Assembly: GCA_965218795.1 (NCBI GenBank)
Contig: OZ244653.1
Coordinates: 672,001-736,000, forward strand
Origin: a bacterium
GTDB taxonomy: Bacteria; UBA8248; JACPRG01; G963555815
Reading direction: 5' to 3'
Length of the DNA stretch: 64,000 bases
Shown piece after piece: positions 8,885-19,029 of the stretch; the first letter of the stretch is position 1; the number at the start of each line of letters is the position of its first letter. Position numbers and translations under genes: made by a program. The notes under the pieces were generated by a model. The model did not search any database, was not told the origin of the DNA, and was given only the letters and a program-made list of their open reading frames with translations.

Positions 8885-10153
8885 TCAGCCGTCTTGATTG
8901 CAGATGTCCAGCGCGACCTGGGCGTAAACCTTCGCTGATTTCACCAGATCGTCGATCTGGATGGAATCCAACTCCTTTCCTTCTGCAAACGATTTGGTGT
9001 ACGAGGGGCCGTAAGTGGCTGAGGGGATCCCGACTTCGTTGAACACGTTCATGTCCCGCCACATGCTGGTGATGGGCGTGAAGACGGTTTCGGAAGGTTT
9101 CCCGAAAACCTTCTGATGGGCATTTTCGATGGAATCCGTCAGAGGCTCGTGGCCTTCGGCGATGTACCCCCGCCGCGTCATATAGGGAGATATCTCGACT
9201 TCCACCCCGGTATCGGCAATGACCCGTTTCAATTCGGGCAGGATGTACAACGGGTCCTTGCCGGGGGGGGTCCGCACGTCCAGATAAATGCTGCAACGCC
9301 CGACGGAGTTTCCAATCTTCCAGGGAAGGCCTCCCCGGATGGCCCCCACGCTCACGTTGGGCTTGATCAGGCCCCCGCCGAAGTCCACTTTCTCTTCTTC
9401 GATATACTGGTCCGCCCAGTCTTCCAGGACGTTGATCACCTGGGCCATCTTGACCACGGCGTTGGGACTCTCCGTGCGTTTCGTCGGCCGGGGGATGAAG
9501 GGCGTATAGAAACCCGCGCCCCGGGCGGTGATCTTGAAATAGGCGCACCCGCATTGCGCCCAGGTCTTGGCGAAATTCGTACATTCGGCCACAAGGGCGA
9601 AGTCGGCGATAATTCCGTGATCGACGAGGTGACGGGCCCCGAGTCCCTTGCCCAGGTAACGGCCGCCTTGGAACTCATCAATGGGGGCCGTGCCGATCTC
9701 TCCCACAACGGCGGTGATGTAGAGATCCCCCTTGAGCAGGACCCCGCTGTCCCGGATGGCCCGGGCGGCAAACAGCGTCGCCGAGAGGGGGCCTTTATCG
9801 TTGAAAACCCCCTGCCCAAAGATCTGGTCTCCCTCGCGCCACGCCCGGACGTACTCGGGCAGAAGCTCCCCCGCGCTCCAGATGTCCTGCGGCGCGCCGT
9901 ACTTGGTGTCGATGTGCGCATTGTAAATGAGGGATTTTCCGCCGCCGCTTCCCTTCAAGACAGCGACGATGTTGTTGCGGCCGGGGGCGGCCTCCATCTT
10001 GCGGGGGGAAAACCCGTTCTCTTCCAGCCAATCGAAGAGGACATCGCCCATCTCCGTTTCCAACCCCGTCGGGCTGGCCGTGTTTCCGAATTTCAACGCA
10101 GTTTCCGCCAACTCCTCCCGATCAATCGAGGCCAGGCTTTTCTCAATGTTCAT
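8885..10153 (-). CDS. M20/ArgE-DapE family metallo-amidohydrolase
   Basis: GGGKSLIYNAHIDT, GQGVFNDKG, ALVAECT; start taken as MNIEKS after AGGAG. Confidence 0.85.
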   Translation of the reverse strand: MNIEKSLASIDREELAETALKFGNTASPTGLETEMGDVLFDWLEENGFSPRKMEAAPGRNNIVAVLKGSGGGKSLIYNAHIDTKYGAPQDIWSAGELLPEYVRAWREGDQIFGQGVFNDKGPLSATLFAARAIRDSGVLLKGDLYITAVVGEIGTAPIDEFQGGRYLGKGLGARHLVDHGIIADFALVAECTNFAKTWAQCGCAYFKITARGAGFYTPFIPRPTKRTESPNAVVKMAQVINVLEDWADQYIEEEKVDFGGGLIKPNVSVGAIRGGLPWKIGNSVGRCSIYLDVRTPPGKDPLYILPELKRVIADTGVEVEISPYMTRRGYIAEGHEPLTDSIENAHQKVFGKPSETVFTPITSMWRDMNVFNEVGIPSATYGPSYTKSFAEGKELDSIQIDDLVKSAKVYAQVALDICNQDG

Positions 10154-10235
10154 CGCACCGGTTCTCCTGATGATTTTATGCGGCTCTCGGGACTTCTTCG
10201 AGTTCATGACGGAGCCGGTCGAACGCCCGCTCCGA

Positions 10236-12581
10236 TTATGCGGATTCCTTGCCGTCGGCCTCCTGAATGATGGCGTGAACCCTGGACGGCGGGAGCAGCG
10301 AATCATTCACCGTCACGCCCAGAGGTTTCAGGGCGTCCTCGATGGCTGATGCGACGGCCGGCAACGCGCCAATCGTCCCTCCCTCGCCACAGCCCTTCAG
10401 CCCCAGCGGGTTCGTGGGGCAGGGACTCTCCAGATGGACCGTCTCGATGGGTGGAATATCCGTGGACAGCGGAAGCAGGTAGTCCAAAAAGGTCGAGGCC
10501 TGGGGCGTGCCGTTTTCGTCGAAGGCGAGCTCCTCGATCAAGGCGTCCCCGATGCCGTGCGCCACCCCGCCTTGCACCTGTCCGTCCACCATCATCGGAT
10601 TGACCATGCGCCCGCAGTCATGCCCTGCGACGTAGTTCAAGAGTTTCACGAAGCCGGTATCCGGATCGACCTCGACAACGGCAACGTGGGCTCCGTAGGC
10701 GTAGGCCGGCACGTCGGGCTTGAAGTATTCCTCCGCGTCCAGACCCGGCTGCGTTCCCTTGGGAAGGGGAGGACCGCCCGCGCCCATGACGGAATACCCG
10801 GCAATCTCTCCCAGCGTGACCGAGCGGTCGGGAGCGCCCTTGACGAATATCTTCCCTTCCCCGATCGTCAGATCCTTCTCATCGGCTTCCAGCTTCGCGG
10901 CGGCGAGCGCAAAGGCCTTTTGCCTGATGGTCTGGGCCGCCATGACGATGGCGTTCGACGCGTTCACGGTGCTTCGGCTCCCGAAGGTGCCGATCCCGTA
11001 CGTGATATGGTTTGTGTCGCCCGTGATGACCCGGACGGCCTCGGGGGAGACGCCCATTGCATCCGCCGCGACCTGCGCAAAGGTCGAGACGTGCCCCTGT
11101 CCCTGCGGGGTCGAGCCCGTCGCGACCACCACGGTGCCGTTGGGTTCCACGTGCATTCTTGCGCCTTCAAACGGTCCACCGCCCGTCATCTCGATGTTGC
11201 AGGCCACTCCGATGCCGAGGAGCTTTCCGTCCGGACGCCGCCGCTCCTGTTTGCGCAACGAATCGTAACCCGCTTTCTCCAGGGTGATCTTGAGCAGTTC
11301 GGGGTAGTTTCCACTCTCGTAGGTCATCGGTCCCGCCCAGGTGGGCAGTCCGACGACATACGGCATGTCTTCCGGCTGGATGAAATTCCTGAAGCGCACT
11401 TCGGCCCCATCCAGACCCAACGCGCCGGCGATGCGGTCCATCGCCCGCTCGATGATGAACGCTCCCTGGGGTCGGCTGGCGCCGCGAACCGGCCCGCAGG
11501 GGACCCGGTGCGTATAGACCTGATCCAGTATGCCCTCGTAATTGCGGAGCTTGTACAGGCCGACGCTGTGGCTCAAGACGTTCAGGGAATTCAGCGGGCC
11601 GTAAATGGCATAGGCTCCGGTATCAAGGGTGGTGTGGACCTTCATGGCCAGGATGCGGCCATCGTCGTCAAATCCAACGGTGACCTTGTGGATCCCTTCG
11701 CGTTCCTGGATCGTGGCCTGAATGAATTCCATTCGATCGCCTGTCCACCGGACCGGATGCTCCATCTTCACGGCCAGCCAGGGAATCACCAGGTCCTCGG
11801 GATAGAAGCTGCCCTTCGGTCCGAACCCTCCGCCCACGTCAGGAGAGATGACCTCGACCGTTTCTTCCGGGCGGCCGAGGATCGCGGCGATTCTCTGCCG
11901 AGTGGGGTGGGGGGCTTGAGAGGAGATGTAGACGCGGAGCCGGTCGAACTGAGAGTCGTATTGCGCCAGGATCGCTCGGCATTCCATGGCTCCCGCTGCG
12001 CCGCGCTGGGTCCGCAGCTCGAACTCTTCCACATGGGGAGCGCTGGCAAGGGCTTCATCCGGATCGCCGATGCGCGTTTCCAGGTGTGCGGCTAGATTGT
12101 CGCCCAATTCGTCCTGCACCAGCGGCGCATCCGGTTTCAGGGCGTCGACCGGGTGGCAGGCGGCCGGGAGCACTTCATATTCGACAACCGCCGCATCGAG
12201 GGCGTCTTCGGCTTCGGCTCGGGTGGGCGCAACGACGACCGCGACCGGCTCGCCGTAAAAGCGCGTCTTCTCCTTCGCCAGCGGGGCCCAATTGGTGCCC
12301 CGGAGGGCGGGATGGGGCATCTGAATGGGGAAATCCGCCCCCGCGGGACCCATGTCCGCGTTTTGGCAGGCCGCGACGGCCCCAGCTTCCATGCAGCCGG
12401 AGAGGTCGATCTTCCGGATGCGGGCGTGGGCGTAAGGGGACCGCAGGAAGGCCGCGTGGAGGCAATCCGGACAGGGGATGTCATCCACGTAACGGCCCCC
12501 GCCGGTCAAGAGCCGCTGGTCCTCCGTTCTCGGCGCTCTCGCGCCGAAGAATTTCGGATTTTTCATGAATTCAATGTTCAT
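10236..12581 (-). CDS. Xanthine dehydrogenase/CoxL-like molybdopterin-binding large subunit
   Basis: RTEDQRLLTGGGRYVDD, RSPYAHARI, DVGGGFGPKG, GQGHVSTFAQ, GTFGSRS, GQVQGGVAHG, KGCGEGG. Confidence 0.92.
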   Translation of the reverse strand: MNIEFMKNPKFFGARAPRTEDQRLLTGGGRYVDDIPCPDCLHAAFLRSPYAHARIRKIDLSGCMEAGAVAACQNADMGPAGADFPIQMPHPALRGTNWAPLAKEKTRFYGEPVAVVVAPTRAEAEDALDAAVVEYEVLPAACHPVDALKPDAPLVQDELGDNLAAHLETRIGDPDEALASAPHVEEFELRTQRGAAGAMECRAILAQYDSQFDRLRVYISSQAPHPTRQRIAAILGRPEETVEVISPDVGGGFGPKGSFYPEDLVIPWLAVKMEHPVRWTGDRMEFIQATIQEREGIHKVTVGFDDDGRILAMKVHTTLDTGAYAIYGPLNSLNVLSHSVGLYKLRNYEGILDQVYTHRVPCGPVRGASRPQGAFIIERAMDRIAGALGLDGAEVRFRNFIQPEDMPYVVGLPTWAGPMTYESGNYPELLKITLEKAGYDSLRKQERRRPDGKLLGIGVACNIEMTGGGPFEGARMHVEPNGTVVVATGSTPQGQGHVSTFAQVAADAMGVSPEAVRVITGDTNHITYGIGTFGSRSTVNASNAIVMAAQTIRQKAFALAAAKLEADEKDLTIGEGKIFVKGAPDRSVTLGEIAGYSVMGAGGPPLPKGTQPGLDAEEYFKPDVPAYAYGAHVAVVEVDPDTGFVKLLNYVAGHDCGRMVNPMMVDGQVQGGVAHGIGDALIEELAFDENGTPQASTFLDYLLPLSTDIPPIETVHLESPCPTNPLGLKGCGEGGTIGALPAVASAIEDALKPLGVTVNDSLLPPSRVHAIIQEADGKESA

Positions 12582-12709
12582 GGCTGATCCTTCGTGAATT
12601 CCGGAAATGGGCATGTCTCTGTGTATGCCCATTGCAGAAAGACGCCTCTCGGACGGAACGCTTTGAATACAGGCGTGCGGGTTGCTTTTGCTCTCCTGAA
12701 TCAGTCTTG

Positions 12710-12873
12710 GTGCGAGCGTGGGCATAGGGGGAGCGAAGGAATGCGGCGTGGAGGGCGTCCCGGTCCGGGAGATCATCCACGTACCGGCCGTTTCCTGTCA
12801 GGAGTCTCTGATCCTCGACTCTCGTGACGCGGGCCCCGAAGAACCGGGGGTTCCAGTGCAGGTCCGAACTCAT
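12710..12873 (-). pseudogene. N-terminal fragment (~54 aa) of a second molybdopterin large subunit
   Basis: MSSDLHWNPRFFGARVTRVEDQRLLTGNGRYVDDLPDRDALHAAFLRSPYAHAR, then unrelated sequence; start overlaps the small-subunit stop. Confidence 0.85.
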
Positions 12874-13382
12874 GATGGGGGACCCACCGGGTCATGCATT
12901 TCCCGCGCCGCAGTCTCCACCGCGTCTACGATGTGCTGATAGCCCGTGCAACGGCAGACGTTCCCCGACAGCAGGTGACGAATCTCCTCTCGGCTCCACG
13001 TACGCGGCGCGGACAGCGCAGACTTCAGCGTCATCAAAAAACCCGGCGTGCAAAACCCGCACTGAAGCGCATGGTGCGTCCGAAACGCCTCCTGGATCGG
13101 GTGAAGCGGACCCTCCGGAGGCGCCAGTCCCTCCACCGTCTCCACCGAACGGCCCGAAGCCTGCGCCGCCAGCATCAGGCACGAACGCACCGCCTCCCCC
13201 TCCAGCAAAACCGTGCAAGCGCCGCACACCCCCTGCTCGCAACCCACGTGCGTACCCGTCAGACGAAGGTCCTCCCGCAAAAAGTCCGCTAGGCTCTTGC
13301 GGGCCTCCACCTCACCGCTACGGGACTCCCCGTTCACCTCCAACTCCACGCGCAAACGGCCCTGTGGCTCCAAAACGCTCAT
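12870..13382 (-). CDS. (2Fe-2S)-binding small subunit (CoxS/CutS-like)
   Basis: GCEQGVCGACTV, QCGFCTPG, GNVCRCTGY. Confidence 0.93.
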   Translation of the reverse strand: MSVLEPQGRLRVELEVNGESRSGEVEARKSLADFLREDLRLTGTHVGCEQGVCGACTVLLEGEAVRSCLMLAAQASGRSVETVEGLAPPEGPLHPIQEAFRTHHALQCGFCTPGFLMTLKSALSAPRTWSREEIRHLLSGNVCRCTGYQHIVDAVETAAREMHDPVGPPS

Positions 13383-14246
13383 CTACCCGACCCCCTCCGA
13401 CACCGACGCCAGCGCCCGACCCACCAACACCCCGCACAAGTGACGACGGTAATCCGATGAACCGTGAAAGTCCGACAGCGGCTCCACCTCTCCCTTCACC
13501 GCCTCGGACACCCCTGACAACAACTCCGCATCCAGCACCGCCCCCGACAACAGGCCCTCCGCCCCACGCGCACGCGTCGGTATCCCCCCCACGCCCGTCA
13601 GCGCGATCCGGCCCTCCGCGCAACCGCCCCCCTCCATCCGAACCGCCACCGCCGCCCCCACCAGCGCAAAGTCTCCCACACGACGCGAAAACTCCAAAAA
13701 CGACGTCCGCCAATCCGACCCCAATACCGGAAAACGCACCGACGTCAACAACTCATCCTCGCCCAGGGCGGTGGACAGATATGAGGTGAAAAACGCTCCC
13801 GGACCCAGCGTCCGCTCTCCCGAAGGACCCCGAACGACCAACTCCGCATCCAGCGCCGCTGCCACCGCAGGCAACTCGGAGGCCGGGTGATTGTGGACCA
13901 CGCTCCCCCCCAGCGTCCCTCGGTTCCGAATCGCCGCATGGCCGATCTGAGGAACCGCCTGGGACAGCAACGGCACCTGCGAGGCGACCAACGGCGAATG
14001 CTCCACCGACGAGTGCCGCGTCATCGCTCCAATGCGCACCGTGCCGTTCGCCTCCTCAATCCCCGACAACTCCGCCACCCGGTTCAGATCCACCACCACC
14101 GAGGGACGGTGAAGGCGCATCCCCAGCATCGGAAGCAGGCTCTGACCCCCTGCCAGCAGCTTGCAATCCTCACCGTAACGGCCCAACAACTCCATGACCT
14201 CTGAAACCGTCTCCGGTGATACGTACGAAAATGCGGCTGGCTTCAT
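13383..14246 (-). CDS. FAD-binding medium subunit (CoxM/CutM-like)
   Basis: MKPAAFSY, LAGGQSLLPM, AIRNRGTLGGS, RRVGDFA, GSSDYRRHL. Confidence 0.93.
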   Translation of the reverse strand: MKPAAFSYVSPETVSEVMELLGRYGEDCKLLAGGQSLLPMLGMRLHRPSVVVDLNRVAELSGIEEANGTVRIGAMTRHSSVEHSPLVASQVPLLSQAVPQIGHAAIRNRGTLGGSVVHNHPASELPAVAAALDAELVVRGPSGERTLGPGAFFTSYLSTALGEDELLTSVRFPVLGSDWRTSFLEFSRRVGDFALVGAAVAVRMEGGGCAEGRIALTGVGGIPTRARGAEGLLSGAVLDAELLSGVSEAVKGEVEPLSDFHGSSDYRRHLCGVLVGRALASVSEGVG

Positions 14247-14462
14247 GTCCGCTCTACCCTCTCTTTTCTCTCAAAATCCATCGCGGCGATTTGTACCGAA
14301 CTCCCCTCTGGATTCGGACTCATCGAAAACCGCGCAAAGGAACCGTTTCAAACGAAAGAGCGCATGGAAGACTCCTGCACTGGAATTTACGGTTCTGATT
14401 GAAAAGCTTGGGGACGCCCAGGAAGCTATTTTGGCACAACCGGGGCTCATCGTCCATCCGGT

Positions 14463-15269
14463 TCAGGAGGTCTCGGGTGACGGGACAGGCCCTGGAGGAG
14501 ACGGTCTGTTGAATTCCGGGAGGCAAGCCGCCGCACCATTGTCCATCAGCCAAAGAAGCCTTCCATTGGGAGGCGAGATGATCTGGGAGGGATAGACCTC
14601 GGGGTGAAATTCACCGTGAAGAACGGATTGGAGGGCAGCGGCCTTCTCCTCGCCTGCAAGCAGGAAGATGATGCAGGCGGCATTGTTGAGAACGGGGGGC
14701 GTCACGGTGATCCGGCAGGCTTCTGATTTTTCGATCCACACTGGGGCGACCATTCGATGCGCTTCGAATACGACATCGGTACCGGGAAAGAGGGAGGCCG
14801 TATGTCCGTCCGCCCCCATGCCCAGGAGGACAAGATCGAATCGTGGAAATCCTCCCCCTTCCACCCGAAAGAAAGATTTCAGATGCGTCTCATATTCGGA
14901 CGCGGCCGTCCCGGCTTCGGCCTCCTCTCCGCGAACCCGATGAATGTTCTCCTCGGGCACAGGGGCCTGGAAGAGCATCGCCTCCGCGGCCATGCGGTAA
15001 TTGCTGTCTTTGTGCTCGGGCGGAACATGGCGTTCGTCTCCCCAGAAAAAGTGAGTCTTTTCCCACGGGATTTGCTCCCGAAACGTCTGAGTGGGGTCCG
15101 ACAGAATCTCGTAGAGCCCCTTTGGCGTCGACCCGCCGGAGAGGGCCACCGTGAATCGCCCGTACCGATGGACGGCCGATTGGGCGAGTTCGACAAATTC
15201 CCCGGCTGCGCGTCGGATCATGGCCGCCGCATCCTCGAAAACCTCGAATACAGGCACTTCAGGATTCAC
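14463..15269 (-). CDS. pgl: 6-phosphogluconolactonase
   Basis: ALSGGSTP, FFWGDERHVP, SNYRMA, LLGMGADGHTASLFP. Confidence 0.93.
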   Translation of the reverse strand: MNPEVPVFEVFEDAAAMIRRAAGEFVELAQSAVHRYGRFTVALSGGSTPKGLYEILSDPTQTFREQIPWEKTHFFWGDERHVPPEHKDSNYRMAAEAMLFQAPVPEENIHRVRGEEAEAGTAASEYETHLKSFFRVEGGGFPRFDLVLLGMGADGHTASLFPGTDVVFEAHRMVAPVWIEKSEACRITVTPPVLNNAACIIFLLAGEEKAAALQSVLHGEFHPEVYPSQIISPPNGRLLWLMDNGAAACLPEFNRPSPPGPVPSPETS

Positions 15270-15421
15270 GGAAAAGACTCGTAGGGGGTTAAGAAGTGTT
15301 GGTCCAGGAATCCACTCCCCGACACGGCGCGCAGCTTCGGAACGTCATTATAGGAACCACGGGGAACAACGCAATGCCGTGGGGGCTGCCGGTCGCCCCC
15401 GCAGGCAGCAGGCGGGGCCTA

Positions 15422-15670
15422 TGGATTCCCGCTTCCGCGGGAATGACAGGCCAGGGGGGCAAAGGAAAGGTGGCCGCCGACCTCCATCCGCCGAGTCGAG
15501 CGCGAGCGCTTCGCTCGGAGCGTCATTTCAGGAAACACCGGCGCGCCAACCAGCGGCTTCTGGTTCTCAACACCCCACCTGGATTCCTGCGCAGGCAGGA
15601 ATCCATTCAGGGCGTTATTTTCGGAAACATCGGCGGGCCATCAGAGAGCGGCTTGTGGTTCTGGGTCCTT
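15422..15670. repeat. REP/dRS3-like palindrome mosaic on the left flank of the autotransporter
   Basis: tggattcccgcttccgcgggaatgac (15422-15447), tggattcctgcgcaggcaggaatcca (15580-15605), plus internal direct repeats (...ggaaaca(c/t)cggcg...gcggctt(c/g)tggttct). Confidence 0.8.
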
Positions 15671-17402
15671 GACAACTCATGGGGCGGAGGAACCCGCCCT
15701 TGGTCGGGTGTCCAGGCGGGGAAGCCGTCCGTTCCATCCGTTCGCTGAAGCCCTAGAACCGGATGCCGACATTGAGGAGGCCGGCGTATTCCCGATCCTT
15801 CGTGCCCAGGCCGCCCGCCGTCGCCTCGCCGCTGAGCGAGAACCGGCCCCAGCGCCAGACCCCGCCCAGGCCCAGCAGAGCCCGGGTTGTCCTGGTTCCC
15901 GACCCGAGCCGCTCTCCCGATACCTCAACGGCCGTTACCCCGCCCCTGAGCGTCTGCTCCACGTCCACCGAACCCCGAAGGGAGAACGCCCCGCCGTCCC
16001 AGACGCGACCGGTCTCCGCCACCAAACCGCCCCCGCCCTTGAGACGCTTCGCCTCGGTGAGCCTGACCCGCGCGCCCACCGCGTCCGTGAACTTGTCCAA
16101 GGAAATCCCGGAGCGGCTCGCCCACACCCGAGGCGTCAGGCTCATTCTCTCGCCCAGCGCGATGCGCCGACCCGTCTCCAGGCTCAGGGAGTGACCGACC
16201 GCGCCGACGCCCCTCTCCAGCCGGCCCCGCCTGTCCGAAGAAAGGTCCAACTTGTAGCCGGTCACCGAGAGGCGGCCATCGACATACCAGCCGCTCGCGC
16301 CGCCCCAGGACACGCCCAATCCCGCGCCGAAGCCCTTCGCGTCGATATCCCCGCCCCCGGTCGGCGAGGAAACCTCCGCCGAAGCCTGAACATGCCGCAC
16401 CGAAACCGTGCCGGTGAGATTCCCGCCCAGGAAGATGTCCGCCCCGGTTTCCGCCGCGAGGCGCTCGAAGTCGTACGCCGCGCCCGCGGTCGAGCGGTCG
16501 GAATCATGCGTCCCCCCCCCGCCCGAAAGCCTCACCCACACCGGCGAGTCCGGAGACCGCAGACGCTCCCCGGCCGGACCCTGGCCGTTCAGCCGAAGCA
16601 GGAATCCGGGAAGCCCCTCGTACACGGCCGAGCGCGGCGCGTACCCCTTCGATGAAGTCCTCGACGGAGAAGCTCCTGCCGAGGATGGTGTTCCCGGCCC
16701 TCTGACTGACGACCAATACGCCCGTCGAGCGGTCGACGGTGACGCCCTCGGCCTGGATGGTGACGTCCCTGGCCCCGTTCGGGACCACGCGGCCGGTGGC
16801 GCCGTTCGCGTCGTGCAGCGTCACGCCGTCAACCACGATGGTGGTCACGCCCCCGTCGTTCACGATCCAGTCGTCGCCGAAGACAGCCGCCACCCGGCGG
16901 TCGTCGAGATCCATCGAGACGTGGAGCTTGGGTTTGAGCGGATCTTCACCGGGGACGGGCGTGTCTCCCGTGGCGAGAATCGCGATGCCGGAAGCCGCGC
17001 CGACGCTTCCCTGCGGCCCGATCATCACTCGGCCCCCGCCGGCGAGATAAACCCCCGCCCCCTCGCCGGTTCCGCCGAACACCCGGCCGTTCACCACGAC
17101 GGTCTGCCTGCGGTAGCCGTCCGCGCCCAGACCCGCGGCGCGCTCCACCGCGCCCGTATCCGCGTTGAGGCGGCCGATCCGGACGCCGCTCGCGCCCGCC
17201 CCGTCGGCGCGGACCGTCGTTCCCTCGCCGACGATGATCTCAGTCTCCCCCATGCCGGACACATGCTCGGCATAGATACCGTGGGCATTAGCGCCCATCA
17301 TCGAGATGGCGGCCTCCATCGTTTCGATGCGGATGTCGCCTTCGGAGCCTTGATGAAGGCCATAGACGCCGTGGGAAGTATCACCCTCCGTCTCGATGAT
17401 TC

Positions 17403-17580
17403 CGCCCTGAACGTCGATATCGATGGCGCCCGTGCCTGTATGCAGGCCATAGACGCCGTAGGAATTCACCCCCCTCGTCGTGATACGGCCGCCCTGAACG
17501 TCGATGTCGATGGCGCCCGTGCCTGTATGCAGGCCATAGACGCCGTAGGAATTCACCCCCCTCGTCGTGATACGGCCGCC
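17403..17580 (-). repeat. Near-perfect 87-bp (29-aa) tandem duplication in the autotransporter passenger
   Basis: GGRITTRGVNSYGVYGLHTGTGAIDIDVQ repeated twice; further diverged units up to ~18230. Confidence 0.85.
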
Positions 17581-18421
17581 CCGAACGCCGATGTCGATAT
17601 TGCCTTCGGAGCCTATATGATCAGCGGAGATGCCGTGGGAGAAGGTGTCGCCGTAGGTGGGATCGAGGTCCGTGCTTTCCGTCGTGATGGTGAGGTCTCG
17701 AACGTCGATGTCGATGTCGCCGGAGCCTTGATGCTGACCGTAGATGCCGTTGGAATACATCCCCCTCGTCGTGATACGGCCGCCTTGAACGTCGATATCG
17801 ATGGCGCCCGTGCCTGTATGCAGGCCTATGGCGCCGTTAGGAATACAAGCCCTTCGTCGTGATGGTGAGGTTTTCAGCGTTGATGGCAACGTCGCCGGAG
17901 CCGAGTTGACGCGCGCCATAGACGCCGTGAGCATCCGCGCCCTCCGTCGTGATGGTTCCGCCTCGAACGTCGATGTAGACGTTGCCGCCGTCGCCGGTAT
18001 GATTGCCCCAGATACCCACGTATTTCGTCATGATGACGACGTTTTTAGCGTAGATCTTGAGGGAGTTGTCATTAAACTCCTGAATGCCATAGATGCCTAT
18101 ACCGTCGACTTCCGTAATGATGATGGTGGCTTCTCGAACGTCGATGTCGATGGCGCCAGTGCCGTAATGACGGCTAAAGATGCCTCTGCTGTTATCACCC
18201 GTCGTCGCGATGGTGAGGTCTTGAACGTAGATCGTGATGTCAGCGGTGGAACCGGCGGGCTCCGTGCACACGATCCGCTCTCCGGCTGTGGGCGCGCCTC
18301 CTCTGCACACGTCGGCCGTCTGGGCCCGCGCCTCTCCGACACAGAGAGTGAATACGGCGGCCAGTATCAGGACGATGGCGCCCATCCGCCCCCGCGCACT
18401 CACGCCCCGCCTCTTGTCTGG

Positions 18422-18496
18422 AGTCTGAAGTCTGAAGTCTGAAGTCTGAAGTCTGAAGTCTGAAGTCTGAAGTCTGAAGTCTGAAGTCTGAAGTCT
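18422..18496. repeat. Heptanucleotide simple sequence repeat (AGTCTGA)10 + AGTCT
   Basis: Directly visible perfect tandem array at the 5' end of the autotransporter; translates as RLQTSDF repeats on the minus strand. Confidence 0.97.
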
Positions 18497-18609
18497 ACAC
18501 CGTACCACATTCATCAAGCGCTGACAAGATTGTGACGAACGAACGATCATTTGGAATACTCCGTTTGGGAATGGAAAACACAGCTTCTGGAGTAGGATAT
18601 TTACTCTAT

Positions 18610-19025
18610 CCTGGATTCCTGCACAAGCAGGAATCCAGGAAACACAGAACGGGCTGCGAGAATCTTCAGGAAGCGCTGATGAAGGCCCCCCGGGAGACCG
18701 CCCCTGGTTTTCAAGACGGCTCCGAACCTCTCCCAGCGGGCCGGCGTCCACCTGAACCCCGTTTTGATACGCGATCACCTGCCTTGACAGCGGCGATTGC
18801 CATTGCGGACAGCTTCGGATGGACTTCCTGCTCCAGAGCCTTCATTGGCCGTCGGCGTCAGGCGTCAACTCCGGCGCGCCGGCCATCAGCCGGCGGCTTC
18901 TGGTTCTCGATACCTCGCCTGGATTCCCGCTTCCGCGGGAATGACGAACAAGGTTCCCGCGCAACAGCCTGTCATTCCGGCCCTCGATGAAGACATTCGA
19001 GGACAGGCTGCAGCGGGGATCCAGG
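18610..19025. repeat. REP/dRS3-like palindrome mosaic on the right flank of the autotransporter
   Basis: Copies at 18610-18639, 18920-18945 and 18971-19025 (the last with a 27-bp loop insert). Confidence 0.8.
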
Positions 19026-19029
19026 CAAC

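Larger units (their letters stand above)
15753..18514 (-). pseudogene. Autotransporter (type Va) with repetitive passenger and C-terminal beta-barrel, split by two +1 frameshifts
   Basis: Signal peptide ...MGAIVLILAAVFTLCVGEARA|QTADVC; GxGxIDIDVxGGxITT repeats; linker YAPRSAVYEGLPGFLLRL; barrel ending LNVGIRF. Frameshifts at ~17838 (TCC-T-AAC, giving TAA) and 16644-16647 (G4 run). Start either ATG 18514 or GTG 18403. Confidence 0.85.

Noticed and set aside
12824-13789. 321-aa proline-rich ORF on the plus strand
   Set aside because: Antisense shadow of the G-rich coxS/coxM-like genes
10236-14246. Aerobic carbon monoxide dehydrogenase
   Set aside because: Lacks the AYRCSFR copper-binding loop and no coxDEFG accessory genes are present
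15151-15748. ORFs containing WIPASAGMT / DSRFRGND peptides (also at 18.5-19.1, 35.5-36.4, 59.1-59.7 and 62.4-62.9 kb)
   Set aside because: These are translations of the palindromic repeat, not proteins
16408-17862. 484-aa repetitive ORF on the plus strand
   Set aside because: Antisense to the autotransporter passenger repeats
18422-18496. CRISPR array
   Set aside because: Pure 7-bp tandem with no spacers and no cas genes; the dispersed palindromes are also irregularly spaced
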